Shown: positions 25,141-40,010 of the stretch, piece after piece
Layout: each line of letters begins with the position of its first letter
How positions within the stretch are numbered: the first letter of the stretch is position 1
Source of the DNA: Octopus sinensis
Taxonomy: Eukaryota
Direction of reading: 5' to 3'
Assembly (NCBI RefSeq): GCF_006345805.1
Contig: NC_042997.1
Coordinates: 14,694,001 to 14,758,000, forward strand
Length of the DNA stretch: 64,000 bases
Notes under the pieces: model-generated
Databases searched by the model: none
Seen by the model: only the letters and a program-made list of their open reading frames with translations
What the model was told of the DNA's origin: nothing
Made by a program: the position numbers and the translations under genes

Positions 25141-25440
25141 TATCACGTGACCGACCAGACCATCAAATATAGTTACACATCGCTGGTCACAATGCGTTTG
25201 CATTGTTTTAGCCTTCGAATGACGCCACCCCACTGGCTAAGCGAGCAGGTTGACAGAAGAAAGAGTGGGAGAAAGAGTGGTGAAAGAGTACAGCAGGGAT
25301 CACCACCCCCTGCCGGAGCCTCGTGGAGCTTTTAGGTGTTTTCGCTCAATAAACACTCACAACGCCCGGTCTGGGAATCGAAACCGCGATCCTGCGAACG
25401 CGAGTCTGCTGCCCTAACCACTAGGCCATTGCGCCTCCAC
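25141..25440 (-). mobile_element. tRNA-derived SINE (distinct family, CpG-rich, young-looking)
   Basis: Minus strand GTGGAGGCGCAATGGCCTAGTGGTTAGGGCAGCAGACTCG..GGTTTCGATTCCC, followed by a non-tRNA body. Confidence 0.75.
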
Positions 25441-25474
<34 letters not shown>

Positions 25475-26647
25475 CACACACACACACACATATATATATA
25501 TTGCATGCTATATTTGGAACTATTTGACCGCTTGCTAATTTACCTATTTAAGCATCAAATAATTATTTTAAAACTTGTGTTTGACATTTTACCAAGATTT
25601 TAAAATAGTCACAGCCAACTAGTCAGAGGTTTTATGGTATGTATCCCTTCCTCCCTTGCTACATTGTGTCTCTGGAGAACAGTTGTAGAAACACTATCTT
25701 GTTATGTTTCTGATAGAAATGCAATGAACCAGTGATTGGCCCATTGGAAACTTACAATCAATGATGCTGTTGTTCACAAAATGCATGGTCAGAATATCTT
25801 TTCTAGATGTAGAAGAGGCTATGTCATATGAAATCTGCTTCCCAACAACATGGTTTCAGGTTCAATTCCTCTGTATGGCACCTGGGGCAAGTGTCTTTTA
25901 CTATAGCTTTGGACCAACCAAAACCTTGTGAATGGATATAGAAGGCAGAAACTGAAAGAAACCTATTGTTTGGAATGACTTTGATCAGAGATTTACTCAA
26001 ACAGGTTTGACCTAGGCCTCTATTAAATTTGAATAAAACAGATTACATCCAATGAATTTTTTAAGAAGTGTAGTGTAAAGATGTCAATAGAATTGACCCG
26101 ACTTCAGTACATTATTATAGCTAAATAATCTTTGAACTGTGATTTAATATGACTTCAGAACAGTGAAGTATCATAACAGATACAATAAAACACATTGTTT
26201 AAAGGCATACTGTTTCAGCCATTTTCATAAATCTGCCCTCAATTAAATGTAGCTGCTCTACTGGCAAGAAATGGCAACCAAATACCTCTCAGATCACATT
26301 ATACCATTTTTTTTAAAAAAAGAAAGATTTATAAAATAATATAGTCCAAGATACACATATCATCACTTTAACATCTACTTTTCTATGCTTGGATGAATTT
26401 GTTGAGCCAGATTTTCTCTGGCTGGATGCCCTTCCTATCACCTTGTTTGTAAGCAAGGTAGTATTTCCCCATGACCAGTCATGTTTTCCCAGAAGATTTG
26501 AAATGAAGAGCACTGCTTGCATGACAACTATCATACAATGTCAAGATTAAGAGGATAGTAATGCATGCATGCATGCATGCATGCATACATACATACATAC
26601 ATACATACATACATACATACATACATACATGCATGCATGCATATATG

Positions 26648-27216
26648 TGTAGGCTATGTCATGTTTCTGGGGAAGACATTACACATGTGATTAGCAGCTG
26701 TCCTAAAATGTTGTCACGCTACTACCTCCCTATGCAGCATGATGTTGTTGCTAAAACAATTTACAATGCCATCCACGAAAAAGACTGTCCTGAAATAAAC
26801 TTTAAAAATATCTTTGTTATGGAATACATTCATAAACACCAACTCAAGGAATAGTGGTGGAATGTTCCCATCAAAACTTCTGTCAAATGGCCAGATATTG
26901 TTGATTGGGACAGAGGGGAAAAGGTATGTACCGTCATAGATGTCAGCTACCTTGCTGATATGAATATCTCTTTGAAAATCAAATAAAAAGAGGATATCTA
27001 TGGACAACTGCTTCAAAACCTCCAGCTTCTATATCCAGACTATGAATTTATATTCATACCAATAATAATTGGAGCACTAGGTTTTGTTAGTAAATGCTTA
27101 GAGGAGAATCTGGAAAAACTGGGATTTTCAGAAAAAGAAAATGACCAGCTGATTTGTACATTACAGTGAGTGGAACAGTAAAAATATGCAAGACTTTTCT
27201 CAAGTTCCAAGTGTGA
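26648..27216 (+). mobile_element. R4/NeSL-like (restriction-enzyme-like endonuclease) non-LTR retrotransposon 3' remnant
   Basis: CRLCHVSGEDITHVISSCPKM (CCHC knuckle), HDVVAK, WWNVPIKTSVKWPDIV..DV..K (PD..D/E.K-type REL), PIIIGALG, KICKTFLKFQV*. Contains stops. 5'-truncated within a microsatellite. Confidence 0.8.
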
Positions 27217-27347
27217 ATTTGTCTGTGTTAACTACATCGCAATGATGGAGCCTTGTATCTTTGTTGGAAGCTGGCTCCCTCCTCAGTGGAAGATTTATAA
27301 TAATTTAAAAACAGACATACCTACCTACATACATATATACACACACA

Positions 27348-27410
<63 letters not shown>

Positions 27411-27448
27411 TACATACATACATACATACATACATACATACATACACA

Positions 27449-27479
<31 letters not shown>

Positions 27480-27480
27480 G

Positions 27481-27708
27481 CAGTGCCGCCTTGACTAGCT
27501 CCTGTGCCGGTGGCATGTAAAAAACACCAACCGCTCATGGCCACTGCCAGCCTCCCCTGGCACCTGTGCTGGTAGCACATAAAAAGCACTGCCAGATCAG
27601 ACTGGAGCCTGGTGCAGCCTCCTGGCTTCCCAGGCCCCGGTTGAAACGTCCAACCCATGCTAGCATGGAAAATGGACGTTAAACGATGATGATGATGATG
27701 GTGATGAT
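27481..27708 (+). mobile_element. RTE 3'UTR-type repeat
   Basis: Ends CCATGCTAGCATGGAAAATGGACGTTAAAC(GAT)n. Confidence 0.75.
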
Positions 27709-28506
27709 ACACACTGTCCTTCTTTAAGTTTATATCTACCAAATCCACTCACAAGACTTTGGCAGGCCTGGAACAATAGCAGAAAACACTTGTCCAAGGT
27801 GCTCTGAAGTGGGATTGAATCTGAAACCATGTAGTGAGAAACATGTAGTTGGTTAGAATACCTTTCATAGTAGGCTTTATTGGGTTCTTGCACCAGTACC
27901 TACTCAGATTATGAATGCCTTTTCCATCAAGATCAAGAAAAATATATATATGTTTTATCCATCCATCCGCAAATCCTGGGAGTGTCATCAGTGTAGAGTC
28001 CCCATGTACCTCCTCCATAGAGTCTTATCAGAAGCAACTGTTCTTTGACTTTTTGGAGTGGATTCCCAAGTGACCAACTGAAACTATGGATATTATCCAA
28101 CCATTCTGTTCTTGATATACCTTTAGGTCTCCTGCCAGTTAGTTCAGTTTGAAGAATTCAATTTGAAGGTCTTTCCTGTGACATTTTAATCACATGTCCA
28201 TATTATTGGAGCTGTAACTTTTCAATGTGAAAAATCAGTGGCTCACCCTCATCTCTCTGATCTCCAAGCTTTACATGAATGGAATATCAAATAGTTTAAA
28301 ACTGAATAACATTGCCAATAAATAATTGACACAATTTAAGAATTATGAGATTTCATAAACAAATTATGAAAATATTAGAGCAAAAATTAAAAAGATATGT
28401 TAAAATAATTTGTAAATAATGAAACTTGAAACACCTTATAGCTCAGCAATTTGAAACTAAGACTAATTAACATGGTTTTATTGAGTAGTTTAAAAAGGAA
28501 AACTTA

Positions 28507-28740
<234 letters not shown>

Positions 28741-28984
28741 CTATAAAAGGAAGAATACAGAAGAAAGAAAAATAAGTAAATGGTGATAGTTATCTTTATC
28801 AAATATTTTGCTTTTACATGTGGTTTGCAAGAATCACAAAATCTACACCGTATACGTGCCCAAGTACATGTGCACGCATATACATACACATGTTCTCTCT
28901 AATATGCTTACTCATAGAATCCACTATGCCACAAACATGCATCTATTTACACAGACACACAGAAACACATACACACATATATAT

Positions 28985-29017
<33 letters not shown>

Positions 29018-29298
29018 CCTCTCTCTCTCTCTCTCCATCTCACATATATCCTCACTTACATGTAACACTATAAATACAGAGACTGCAAACCAAGAGACAG
29101 ACAAACAGACAGACCTGAAACTGACTCAGAGTAGAGAGGGTATGTCATTGATGAGGTTGCGAATGACAACAAAAGAACTTTGAGAAAACTGATTGTTAAA
29201 CCAAACGATCACTCAAACAATCAATTAGCTAATTGGTAATATGGTTAACCAATTGATAAATAATAAAAATAATGAAATGAAATAGAACCAGTGATTGT

Positions 29299-29880
29299 GT
29301 GAAGAAGTGTCATACCCTAACAGTGGAAGGGACCTGTGGAAGAGGTAGACCCAGGAAGACATGGGATGAGGTGGTGAAGCACATCCTTCAAATGTTGGGC
29401 CTTACAGAGGCAATAACAAGAGACCAAGACCTTTGGAGACATGCTGTGATTGAGAAGACCCGGCAAGTAAAGTGAGATTGCAACCATGGCTGATGCCAGT
29501 ATTGCATAACCAGCCCATTTAAAAGTACCCTTGAATCATTGGGCGATATGCTGTGCTTGAGAAGAACTGTTGAGTCAAGTGAAATTGTAGTCATAGCCAA
29601 TGCCAGTGCCGCTTGACTGGCATGTGTGCTGGTGGCATGTAAAAAGCATCATTCAAACGTGGGCAATGCCAGTGCCCCTGACTGGCTCCCGTACTGGTGG
29701 CACATAAAAAGCACCCACTACACTCTCGGAGTGGTTGGCGTTAGGAAGGGCATTCAGCTGTAGAAACCTTGCCAGATCAGATTGGATCCTGGTGCAGCCT
29801 ACAGGCTTGCCAGTCCTCCGTCAGACCGTCCAACCCATGCCAGCATGGAAAACAGACATTAAACAATGATGATGATGATA
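29299..29880 (+). mobile_element. RTE-clade LINE 3' end (ORF2 C-terminus + 3'UTR + (GAT)n tail)
   Basis: VKKCHTLTVEGTCGRGRPRKTWDEVVK..LGLTEAITRDQDLWRHAVIEKTRQVK* (29299-29475), followed by the window's commonest repeat ending ..CCATGCCAGCATGGAAAACAGACATTAAACAATGATGATGAT. Confidence 0.8.
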
Positions 29881-29924
29881 ATAATGACCCTCCTAAGATA
29901 CAAAATCTTCATAAAACATTTTAA

Positions 29925-30146
29925 CCCTTTAGCATTCATATTATTCTGTCCAATGTAATGCTTATTTATTCACAGTTTTGAATTCATCATGCACTATTTC
30001 ATAGCTTTGAAATTTCACTGATGTGATTGTTTATTTTTAAAATGACACAGTGGGGTAGGTGTGAGAGGCCAGATCTAGCCAGTTTAAACATAAAACATGT
30101 AGGTAGAATATTTGGATTAGACGTGGCTAGTTTAACTGCTAAAGGG
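29925..30146. mobile_element. piggyBac-type MITE (about 220 bp)
   Basis: TTAA|CCCTTTAGCA...TGCTAAAGGG|TTAA. Homologous to 5628-5847 in the opposite orientation. Confidence 0.75.
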
Positions 30147-31585
30147 TTAAACTAATTGATGTTTTACAATACACGAGTGACACACATTCCTAACTGGTGC
30201 CTTGCAGCACACAGACACTCACATTACCAACTTGTGCCTTGCAGTACATAAGACATCCCAATGATGGAGCCTTGTATCTTTGTTGGAAGCTGGCTCCCTC
30301 CTCAGTGGAAGATTTATAATAATTTAAAAACAGACGAGATATACAAACATACCTACCTACATACATATATACATTGCTAACTATGTTTGAAACCACAGAA
30401 AAATATGTGACTGTCGTAGTTAAAACAATATTGTCATGTTTAGTCAACAACACAATTGAAATATTTTAAAAGTACTTGTATTGACTTTCTTTTATAGTTC
30501 ATGTCATCTGAAATTTGTTCCATGACATTAAGCACATATAAATATGAAATATTGTTTAATAAAAATTATCTGATGCCAGCCAGTGAGAACACTTGAAAAA
30601 AATTTTTATTTTCAGTTCAAAACAACCTGGTCAGCATTTGTAAGCATAAGACAAGGAGTAGTGTTTGATGTTTAAAAAATAATCTTTCATCTTTGCCTCA
30701 AGTTGGTCAATATGTTGTGAAGGATGGACAGAAATTGTGCAGAGGTTCATTGTGTGTGTGTGTGTTTAAGAAGCTTGCTTCCCAACGATGTTGCCATTGG
30801 TTCAGTCCTACTACATAGCACCTTCAGTGAGTGTCTTCTACTATAGCCCCAGGTCAACCAAAGCCTAATGAGTGAATCTGGTCGATGGAAACTGAAAGAA
30901 GCCTGTTCATGTGTGTGTGTACTCTTTTTTTCGACATCATGTGGTGGTTGTAAATGAGTATTATCATCATACAAGCAAGGTTGTTCATTTCCAGTCTTCC
31001 GTGAATATCCATGCTAACAAATTCTCTTTGACCCATGCAAGCATGAAAAAGTGAACATCAAATGGCAATGTTGATGATGATGATGATTATGATGATGACG
31101 ATGATGATGATTTGCCATGGAACAACATTCTGATTAAAATTTTAAAGTTGTTTATCAATAATAAAACCAGGATAAATAAGAAAACAACTGTTTCTGACAG
31201 AAGTAGGTTATCACGCAACAAAACATTACACAAGAACCAGCCATAAATTTCAAAGTTTACTCCACTTAAAACAATTACAAGAAAAAGTATCTTTTCTAAA
31301 TCTGTCATATAATGAAGAGAACAAGTTGAATGGGTTTTCTTTTATCTCTCTCTTTTCTGATGTTTCCATATGCCTGTGATTTTCTGCATAAATTAGAGAC
31401 ACATATATGCACACATATACATTTACACCCATAAGACATCAACCAACCTGAACCTACGGCAGAAGAAACTTCCCTAAGAATGGCAATGTAAGATTGCTCC
31501 CAGAACCACATGGTTTTGAAGTGAACCTTTTAGCTACACAGTTATACTTGTGCCCATGTATCTACGTATGTACTATGTATAAATA

Positions 31586-32151
31586 TTGGGTTGTCCAGAA
31601 AGTTTGTGCCAATTTTTTAAGGAAAGAAAAAGGTCAATAAATACTTGCCATTACATTTTTAATCAACCAAATATGAACCATTTTGTTGAACAATGAGTCT
31701 CCATCTTTCCTTTAACTTGAAAATACCCTCTTCCCAGAATTGAGGTGGTTTCATGGCAAAGAATTCATCAAGGTATCTTTTTACATCATCCAAGGAATTG
31801 AAATTTTTACCATTAAGACTATTATGCAGAGACCTGAATAAGTGGAAATCCAAAGGAGCAATATCTGGGGAATATGGAGGGTGGGGTAACACATCCCAGC
31901 CGAGCTGCAGCAATTTTTGCCTGAATCTCAAAGCATCAAGTGCCCAAAATGAACTTTCTTATCTTCCATTTTAAAGGGTTACAGAATTAACACAGGTTAT
32001 AGGAACATAAACCTTCTTCCACGAAAAGATAGCTTAAACTGTGCTCTAAATGGAGATGTAGTCAAATCCTATTTTATGGACTCAACCAGGTTCTAAAATA
32101 AGTCGAAAGGTAAGCTACTATAAATCGGCATGAACTTTCCAGACAACCCAA
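31586..32151 (-). mobile_element. Mariner deletion derivative (566 bp)
   Basis: TIRs TTGGGTTGTC(CA/TG)GAAAGTT.. flanked by TA. ORF 31659-31931 is a transposase C-terminus (LGWDVLPHPPYSPDIAPLDFHLFRSL...WRLIVQQNGSYLVD*). Confidence 0.9.
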
Positions 32152-32831
32152 TATATTATTTTTACTTCATAAAGAAGAAAATTAGAATATTAGAACTTGT
32201 TCTTATCACCTTTACAAGACAGTAACCATTTTGTTACCATATTTCTGATGAAATACTCTCCCTTCTATTCAATTAATTTTGAAAATGATAAAAAATTTTA
32301 GTAAAATAACTGCATCATATTAAGCTGGAATTTAGAACATAAACTGATATCAAATCATGTTTTAATCAAGATTGCATTAAAACAAGAAGTTTGTATTGTA
32401 GAGCCAAGGGTAGTCTCAGGTGTACTGGTATCAAAAAGTTTTTAAAAAATATGCAAAATTACTTAAATAGGTAAAATGATCTAAAATAATAACAGCTGTT
32501 GTTACATCCATTGAATGTGTGTATAATAATAATGGACCTAATAAATATGGTGTTGAAAATACAATATGTTTCACTTTCCATTTATGAGAATAATCAAATT
32601 TCTCTTTAACAGAATAACAAAATATATTATACCTTTTCATCTTTTACCCATATCAGTCACTGGACTGCTAACATGCTGGGGCAATACTTTGAAAGTTTTA
32701 GTCAATCAAACTGACCCCAGTACATATTGTTTTACATCTGGTACTTATTCTAATCAGTGAACCACTAAGTTACAGGAATGTAAACAAACCAGCACCAGTT
32801 ATCAAGTGGTGAAGGTGGGGACTATCGCATA

Positions 32832-32862
<31 letters not shown>

Positions 32863-33993
32863 GAATGGTTTCCACACAGTTTCAATTCGCCATATTAATA
32901 CACAAGGCATTGGTCAGCAGCCTGAGGCGATAGTCAAAGACGCTTGCCCAAGGTGCCAAGTAGTGGAATTGAACCTGAAACTACATGACTGCAAAGTGAG
33001 CTTGTTAACTACACAACTATGCCATATTCATCGACTCTACACATGTTGACAGCTGCAAGAAAACCATGTGCCAGGAGTAAATTCCAGAAAGCAGACAGAT
33101 GGGGTGAGGGGGTGGGGACAATGTTCTAGATGGAAAGGATTCGACAGAATGGTAAGTATGGGAACTCCTGAAGAGTGTATAATATAGTTGAATCTTCTTT
33201 GAAAATACGGTAGTAGAAATGGTTGAAGGTTTCTAGTAAGGAAGGGAATGGATAATATTATTTGAATATAATTTTTTCTATGAGAAACATTAACATTTTC
33301 TGAATCTAAGAAAATTAAATAACAATAAAATATTGATTTTCATATTTTATGGTTATATAGATCAAAGAAAAGTCTACTATTATATCATTAGAATTCTTAT
33401 AAGGTTCTTTTGTTCCCAATAATAGATTTTTTAAAATTTTAAACTGAAAAAGATTTTTTTTTTTAATTACAAAATATAAAGAAGAGAAAAAGTTATAGAA
33501 ATAATTTCTTTTTATAATGAAAACTTGATAAAAGGAGATTATGAACATAATTTAATGGGTAATTTTCCTTCCAACATTCATAAAAAAAAAAACACATCCC
33601 TCTGAAATATCAAAACGTTACATTTATATTTAATGCAGAAATAAATCGACCTTATACATTTTCTCCATTATTCTTGAGGTAGACTTTTGAAACAATAGCA
33701 TCATTGGTTATAAGCTTTCAGCTGGTCAATCACTGCTTCATTACATTTCTGATGGAAAGAGTGACAAGGAATGTTTAGCGCAATGCAAGAGTCTTAGTCT
33801 GTAAAGCCCCATTTTTATGCTGGTCACTTTCTCACCTTTTCTCTCTCTCTCTCTGTCTGCATATATGCATGTATGTGTATACATATACACACACCCATAT
33901 ATACATATACATACATAAAGTGACAGATAGAGGAAAAACAATCTGAGGAGACTGGTGGTGGTCTGTGTTGCAGGCCTCCACCTGTTACCTTGG

Positions 33994-34040
<47 letters not shown>

Positions 34041-37000
34041 AATCTCTGAACGAGGTATAAACAGTAGCTGAACGACAATGTGAAGTATATTTGCCACTTA
34101 AATGTGGCTAACCACTAAGGGTGGATGCTACTGTAGCTTGTAGCCCCAGGAGAACATCTTCTCCAGATGGCTATTGACACACTTTCTGTGCCCTATCAGT
34201 ATTTGCAAAGGGAAGCCATCCTTCCCATCATTGACCTGACGTGATATGCACAGACTCGGGTTTCTGGGTATTTACCTGTCGTCAGCACACGACAATCACC
34301 GGTCTTCGATGCGAAGGGGTCCCAATGCAAATACACATATCTTTTTTTTCCATTGATATATATATGCATGTGTGTGTGTATCTGGGACCCCCTTCAGTCA
34401 CGACACTGACCATGCGATTGCACCTAGAAAGTTACCCTCCTAGTCACAAGTCTGGGCAAGGTGGTTTTATGGAAGACCAGCAGTCGCCCATGCATACCGG
34501 CCTCCCCTCTCCACACCACCAGTGTTATCCAAGGGAAAGGCAAAGGCCGATACAGCTTGGCACCCGTGACATCGCAACTCATTTCTACAGCTGAGTGAAC
34601 TGGAGCAACGGGAAATAAAGTGTCTTGCTCAAGAACACAACACGCAGCCCGCTCCGGGATTCGAGCTCACAACCTCACGATCGTAAACTCGACGCTCTAA
34701 CCACTGAGCCATGCGCCTTCACACTGTGTGTGTATAGTTGTCTGAAAATACATACACCTTGTATGAAACCCAATCGGACATTGGCTTTTATGAGAATAAC
34801 ATGTGCCAGGAGTAAATGCCAGGCAGCATCAACAATAAAAACAATCCTTCCAGCTATAGGCACAAGACCAGAAATTTTGTAGGAAAGAGCTAGTCAATTA
34901 CATCAACCCTGAGTATTTAACTGGTATTTATTTTAATAACCCCTAAAATAATGAAAGGCATAGTTGACCTTGACAGAATTTGAACTCACAATCCAAAGGA
35001 CAGACGAAATGCTGCTTAGCATTCTGTCTGGTATGGTAATGATTCAGCAATAATAATAATAATAATAATAATAATCCTTTCTATTATAGGCACAAGGCCT
35101 GAAGTTTTGGGGGAAGGGACGAGTCAATTACATTGACCCCTGTGTTTCACTGGTACTTAATGTATCGGCCTCAAAAAGATGAAAGACAAAGTTGACCTCG
35201 GCAGAATTTGAACTCAGAACATAGCCACAGATGAAATACTGCTTAGCATTTCGCCCGGCGTGTTAACAATTCTGCCAGCTCACTGCCTTAGCAGCAATAA
35301 TAATAATAATGTGTGTGCGTGTGTGTGTATTTACTTACACATACACACACACACACACACACACATGTACAGAGGTACATGGCTTAATAATGGTTAGGAT
35401 GTTGGACTCATGATTGTAAGATTGTGGTTTTGATTCCTGGACCAGGTGATGAACTGTGTTCTCCAGCAAAACAATTAATTTCATATTGCTCCAGTCCACT
35501 CGGCAGGTAAAAATGAATAATCCTGCCAAGGACTAGCATCTCATCCAGGAAGAAATAATACACCAGAGAAACTGGAAAACTGACTTTATGTTACTTACAG
35601 AGTAATGAGGACCAACCTAAACATGTACGCACACAGGTATGCACATACATGTATACACACACAAATACACTTGTTCACACACATGGCTGGCTGCCACATG
35701 GTTCCTAAAACAAATTCCACTCAAAAGATATTGAATAAACCAAGGCTATACTAAAAGATACTTTCTCAAGGCATCACAGAGTAGAATGAATCCTCAAACA
35801 AGGTAGTAGCAAAATAAACTCCTTAACCACAAAGCTATACAATACACAGTTAGTGACATTATACACAAAAATAAAATATTGAAGTTCAAGAAGCCACAGC
35901 CACAACCTGTTTTAATTCCTTCTCAGAGTCTTTTAAATTTACTTACAACGCTAATGGAATAAACACTGTGAATATCATTTCAAAATCTGAAGTAATATGT
36001 TTAAGTAAACTGGAAATGTTGCTGTGTAACTGAGACTTGTGACTCACAACTGTGTTTCCAGATTCAGTCCCACTACATGGTACATTGGACAAGTGTTGGT
36101 CACTGTCTTGAGAGCAAATTTGACAGACGGAAACTCTGTGTGTGTGTGTGAGTGTGTGTGTGCGCGCGCACGCACATGCGTCAATGCGTGTGTATGTTAG
36201 TCTTGCACAGTTTGACACCCATCATAAGCTTGTTTACTTCCCCCAAATATAATGGTTTGGTAAAAAGAGACTGACAGAACTAGAACTAGACTTAAAAAGA
36301 AGTACTGAAATCAATTAATCAAACTAAACTTTTCATGACAGTGGCCCAGCAAGGCTGCAGTTCAATGAGTGAAACAAGAAAAAGAATAAAAAAATAATGT
36401 ACCAATCCGCAAAAGTTTAACGTATTTTGTATTACAAAAATTACCCAGTTTTATTAAATTTTTACCAGATTGGAATTTCTGCAATTTAATAACCAGTTGA
36501 TATCTATCATCAATAAATTCATACAATTTATCGGCATTGTGTTTCACCTATTCCTTGTTGCTTGTATGAGAAAAATTTTGAGTATTCACACTAGTATTGT
36601 AATAATTACTGCAGACAATTCTTGTTTTCTTTGAGTTGGTCTATGTTCTTTTAACCGTCTTAATTTAATTCTACATTACAAATTATATATATATCCAATA
36701 TCACCTGTTCAACTAGTTTCCAGTCATCTTTCTCACTGTATACTGGCCCAAAGAAATTGATTTTTCAGTATTGCAAAAAAAAAAAAAAAAAAAAAAAAAG
36801 ATCCTATGTTTTTAAATGAATTATTGTTATCATTATTATACAATTTAATAAGGCAACAAGCTGGCAGAATCATTAGCAAGCCAGGCAAAATGCTCACTGG
36901 CATTTTGTGTGTCTTTATATTCTGAGTTCAAATTCTGCTGAGGTCAACTTTGCCTTTCTTCCTTTCATGGTCAACAAAACAGGTATAAGTTAAGCACTGG

Positions 37001-37413
37001 GGTCGATGTAATTGACTAGCCACCTTCCCACAAAATTTCAGGTCTTGTGCCTATAGTAGAAAGGATTATTACACAATTTAATAAGGTAGTGAGCTGGCGG
37101 AATCATTATTGCACTAGACAAAGTACTTAGCAGCCTTTTATTTGTTTTTACATTTTGAGTTCAAATTCTGCTGAGGCTGACTTTGCCTTTCATCTTTTTA
37201 GGGTCAATAAATTAAGCATCAGCTGAACACTGGGGTTGATGTAATAGAGTGGCCCCTTTCCCCAAAATTTCAGGCTTTGGGCCTATAGCAGAAAGGATTA
37301 TTATACAAATTAACTCCTGATCCTCTGTGTGTGAGTCTCATTTCATACATAGGGAATTGGAATGGAGCTACTTAGGAGCAAAGTACAACACAAAAATAGG
37401 GAATGAGAGAATA

Positions 37414-37795
37414 TCATCATCATCGTTTAATATCCACTTTTCATGCTAGCATGGGTTGGACGATTTGACTGAAGACTGGCAAACCAGATGGCTGCACCAG
37501 ACTCCAATCTGATCTGGCAGAGTTTCTACAGCTGGATGCCCTTCCTGACACCAACCACTCCGAGAGTGTAGTGGGTGCTTTTACGTGCCACCGGCATGAG
37601 GGCCAGTCAGGTGGTACTGGCAATGGCCATGTTCAAATGGTGCTTTTTATGTGCCACCTGCACAGGAGCCAGTCCAGTAGCACTGGCAACGATCTTGCTC
37701 AAATGTTTTTTCATGTGCCACCAGCACAAGTGCCAGTAAGGCAACGCAGGAAACAATCATGCTCAAATGGTGATTTTTATGTGCCACTGGCACGA
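37414..37795 (-). mobile_element. RTE 3'UTR-type repeat
   Basis: Same family (variant subfamily, also seen at 57974). Confidence 0.75.
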
Positions 37796-38529
37796 TTAAA
37801 TTAAAAATCAAAGGAACACTAAAAAATATATGAACACCAAATGATATATGAGGTAGGAACACTAAATAATATATGGGACTATTAAAAAATTTGTTTTTAA
37901 GAGACAATATAAACTGTTTGATATATTAAACAATGAATCTTCAGAAATATTTAATAACAGTTTCATGCTTGCACAACCTCTGTTCTCTTGATGGGACATC
38001 GCATTGTGCATGACATGTGACATAATCTATGAAGCTGAGTTACCTGGTACTTTCAATATGACTCATAAGGTATGTTCATGATGCTACAAGCATCCAGTAT
38101 ATAAGCAATATAACAGTGCAATAATGATTAGTATAATTGATCAATCAGCAAGCAATGCATGGATCAACTCCTGTCAGATATTAACCACACTTTTCCTTTT
38201 GCCCTATGTTTGCACAGTAGTTAATATTGATTTGTATAAAAATCCTAACAATTGATATGTACATACATATAAGCATGCATACATACATTCATAGATACAT
38301 ATATTCGCATATAGAAGCATACATATGATACAAAAACACTCAGTGGATGATGAAGCACGTACTAATGAATGATACAAAGTATATTCATTGGTAAGGTGAG
38401 AATAGTTGAAGAGACAAAGGAAAGACATAGCTCTCTTTGAATCAGTAAACACAAAATGACATCTTTCAAATATTTACAATATTCAGTAGAAGTAGTTAAT
38501 CACTCCTATGGTACCTATATAGCAACAGT

Positions 38530-38970
38530 AAAGGCATGGTGGCCAGGGTAAGGACAGGGTGAAAGAAGTTTAAGGAGCTATTACTTCTGTTCACAACAAA
38601 GGGTTTCTGTTTCCAAGTGAACAGCTAAACTATAAGACACTTTTGTATGAAGTGTGATGTTGCTTAGTAGAAGGTGATGGATGCTGAATATAGAGAATGT
38701 GCAAAGGTTGGAAACAAATGAGATGTATGTGCTGCTGTGGTGCATGTTTAATATCAGCTTGCATGAATTATGGAACACAGATAAGTTGTGAGAAAAAAAT
38801 TGGTGTCAGAGAAATCGGCAGTGATGTGTAAGAAAGAAGACCACACTGGCATGGAGAAACCAATGTGTATGACGGATGGTAAGGTGGGTGAAGAAGTACC
38901 AAACAATCGAAGTGAAAGAAGCTTGTAGAAGAAGGAAAATGAAGAAGCTATGGGATGAAGTGGTGAAAAG
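38530..38970 (+). mobile_element. Decayed RTE-clade LINE ORF2 fragment
   Basis: Residual translation EMYVLLWCMFNISLHELWNTDKL*EKIGVREIGSDV*ERRPHWHG resembles the RTE C-terminal domain. Confidence 0.55.
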
Positions 38971-39953
38971 CTCATCTCAGAATGCTGATCCTCACAAACA
39001 ACTGAAGTACTCAATATGCTAAAAATAGCATCCAAATTTACCTGGACTCACATCCTATGTTAAGAAAAGAGGATACATTGGATATGGACCCGTAAATACT
39101 ATATACCAGGAAATATAAGGTGGTCCCAATTAGAATCCCTTTGATCATAGAGATATTGACTAAGATCCACAAGAACTAAACAACAATAACAGCAACAACA
39201 AGATAAAATTCTGATTTGTAGCATAGGTAAGGTATAAGGTCAAAAATTTTGGAGAATAGGTATAAATGAATAAATCAACCACAGTACTTGATGGGCATAA
39301 TTTTATTGATCCCAAAAAAGATGAAAAGCAAAGCCAAACTCAGTGAGATTTGAACTGCGAAGGGGTGTAATACCATATAGCATATTGTCTGGTGATTTAC
39401 CATTTCTACTATCCACCACCTTTGTTGTATGAGAAAATGAAGTCAAGCCTATTATATAGAGGAGAAGAACTAAAATTATGGGGAAGTTATATATTCAATC
39501 GCTGCAGATAATCATAAGCAAGTTATGTGTTAATGTATTCCCCCTTCTCTATGATAAAATGATTAGTTTACAATATCTGAAAAAGATGCTGTCCCTGAAA
39601 ACATTTATGATATGTAAATAAATAAATAAATACCAATGCTTGCATTGATATTTCATAAAATAACAATTGGTAACATTTCTATTCTCCATAAAGATGATTT
39701 AAACAGCAGGGGTTCGGGGTGATGAGACATCTATTCTATTGTCTGAAAACTCATTATTAGTTGAACTCTTGCCTTTGGTATTGTGTACCTCTTCACTTCT
39801 TCGTCTTTTTTTATTTTTTAAGTAATGTTAGTAGAAGTACTCCCACTTCATAGTTGGATAATTAGAATGAAGGTCGGCAATTTTTAAAGCTCATGCTCTA
39901 CAAACTCATGCAGATATTCAACTTTGTTGAACCCTCTAACTGGGAAAACCATG

Positions 39954-40010
<57 letters not shown>

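Noticed and set aside
25375-25440. tRNA-like sequence
   Set aside because: It has A/B boxes but continues into a SINE body with no acceptor-stem closure. The same applies to the other SINE heads.
33952-33985. CTGAGGA-GAC..GTC possible decayed hammerhead
   Set aside because: No GAAA after helix II; not supportable.
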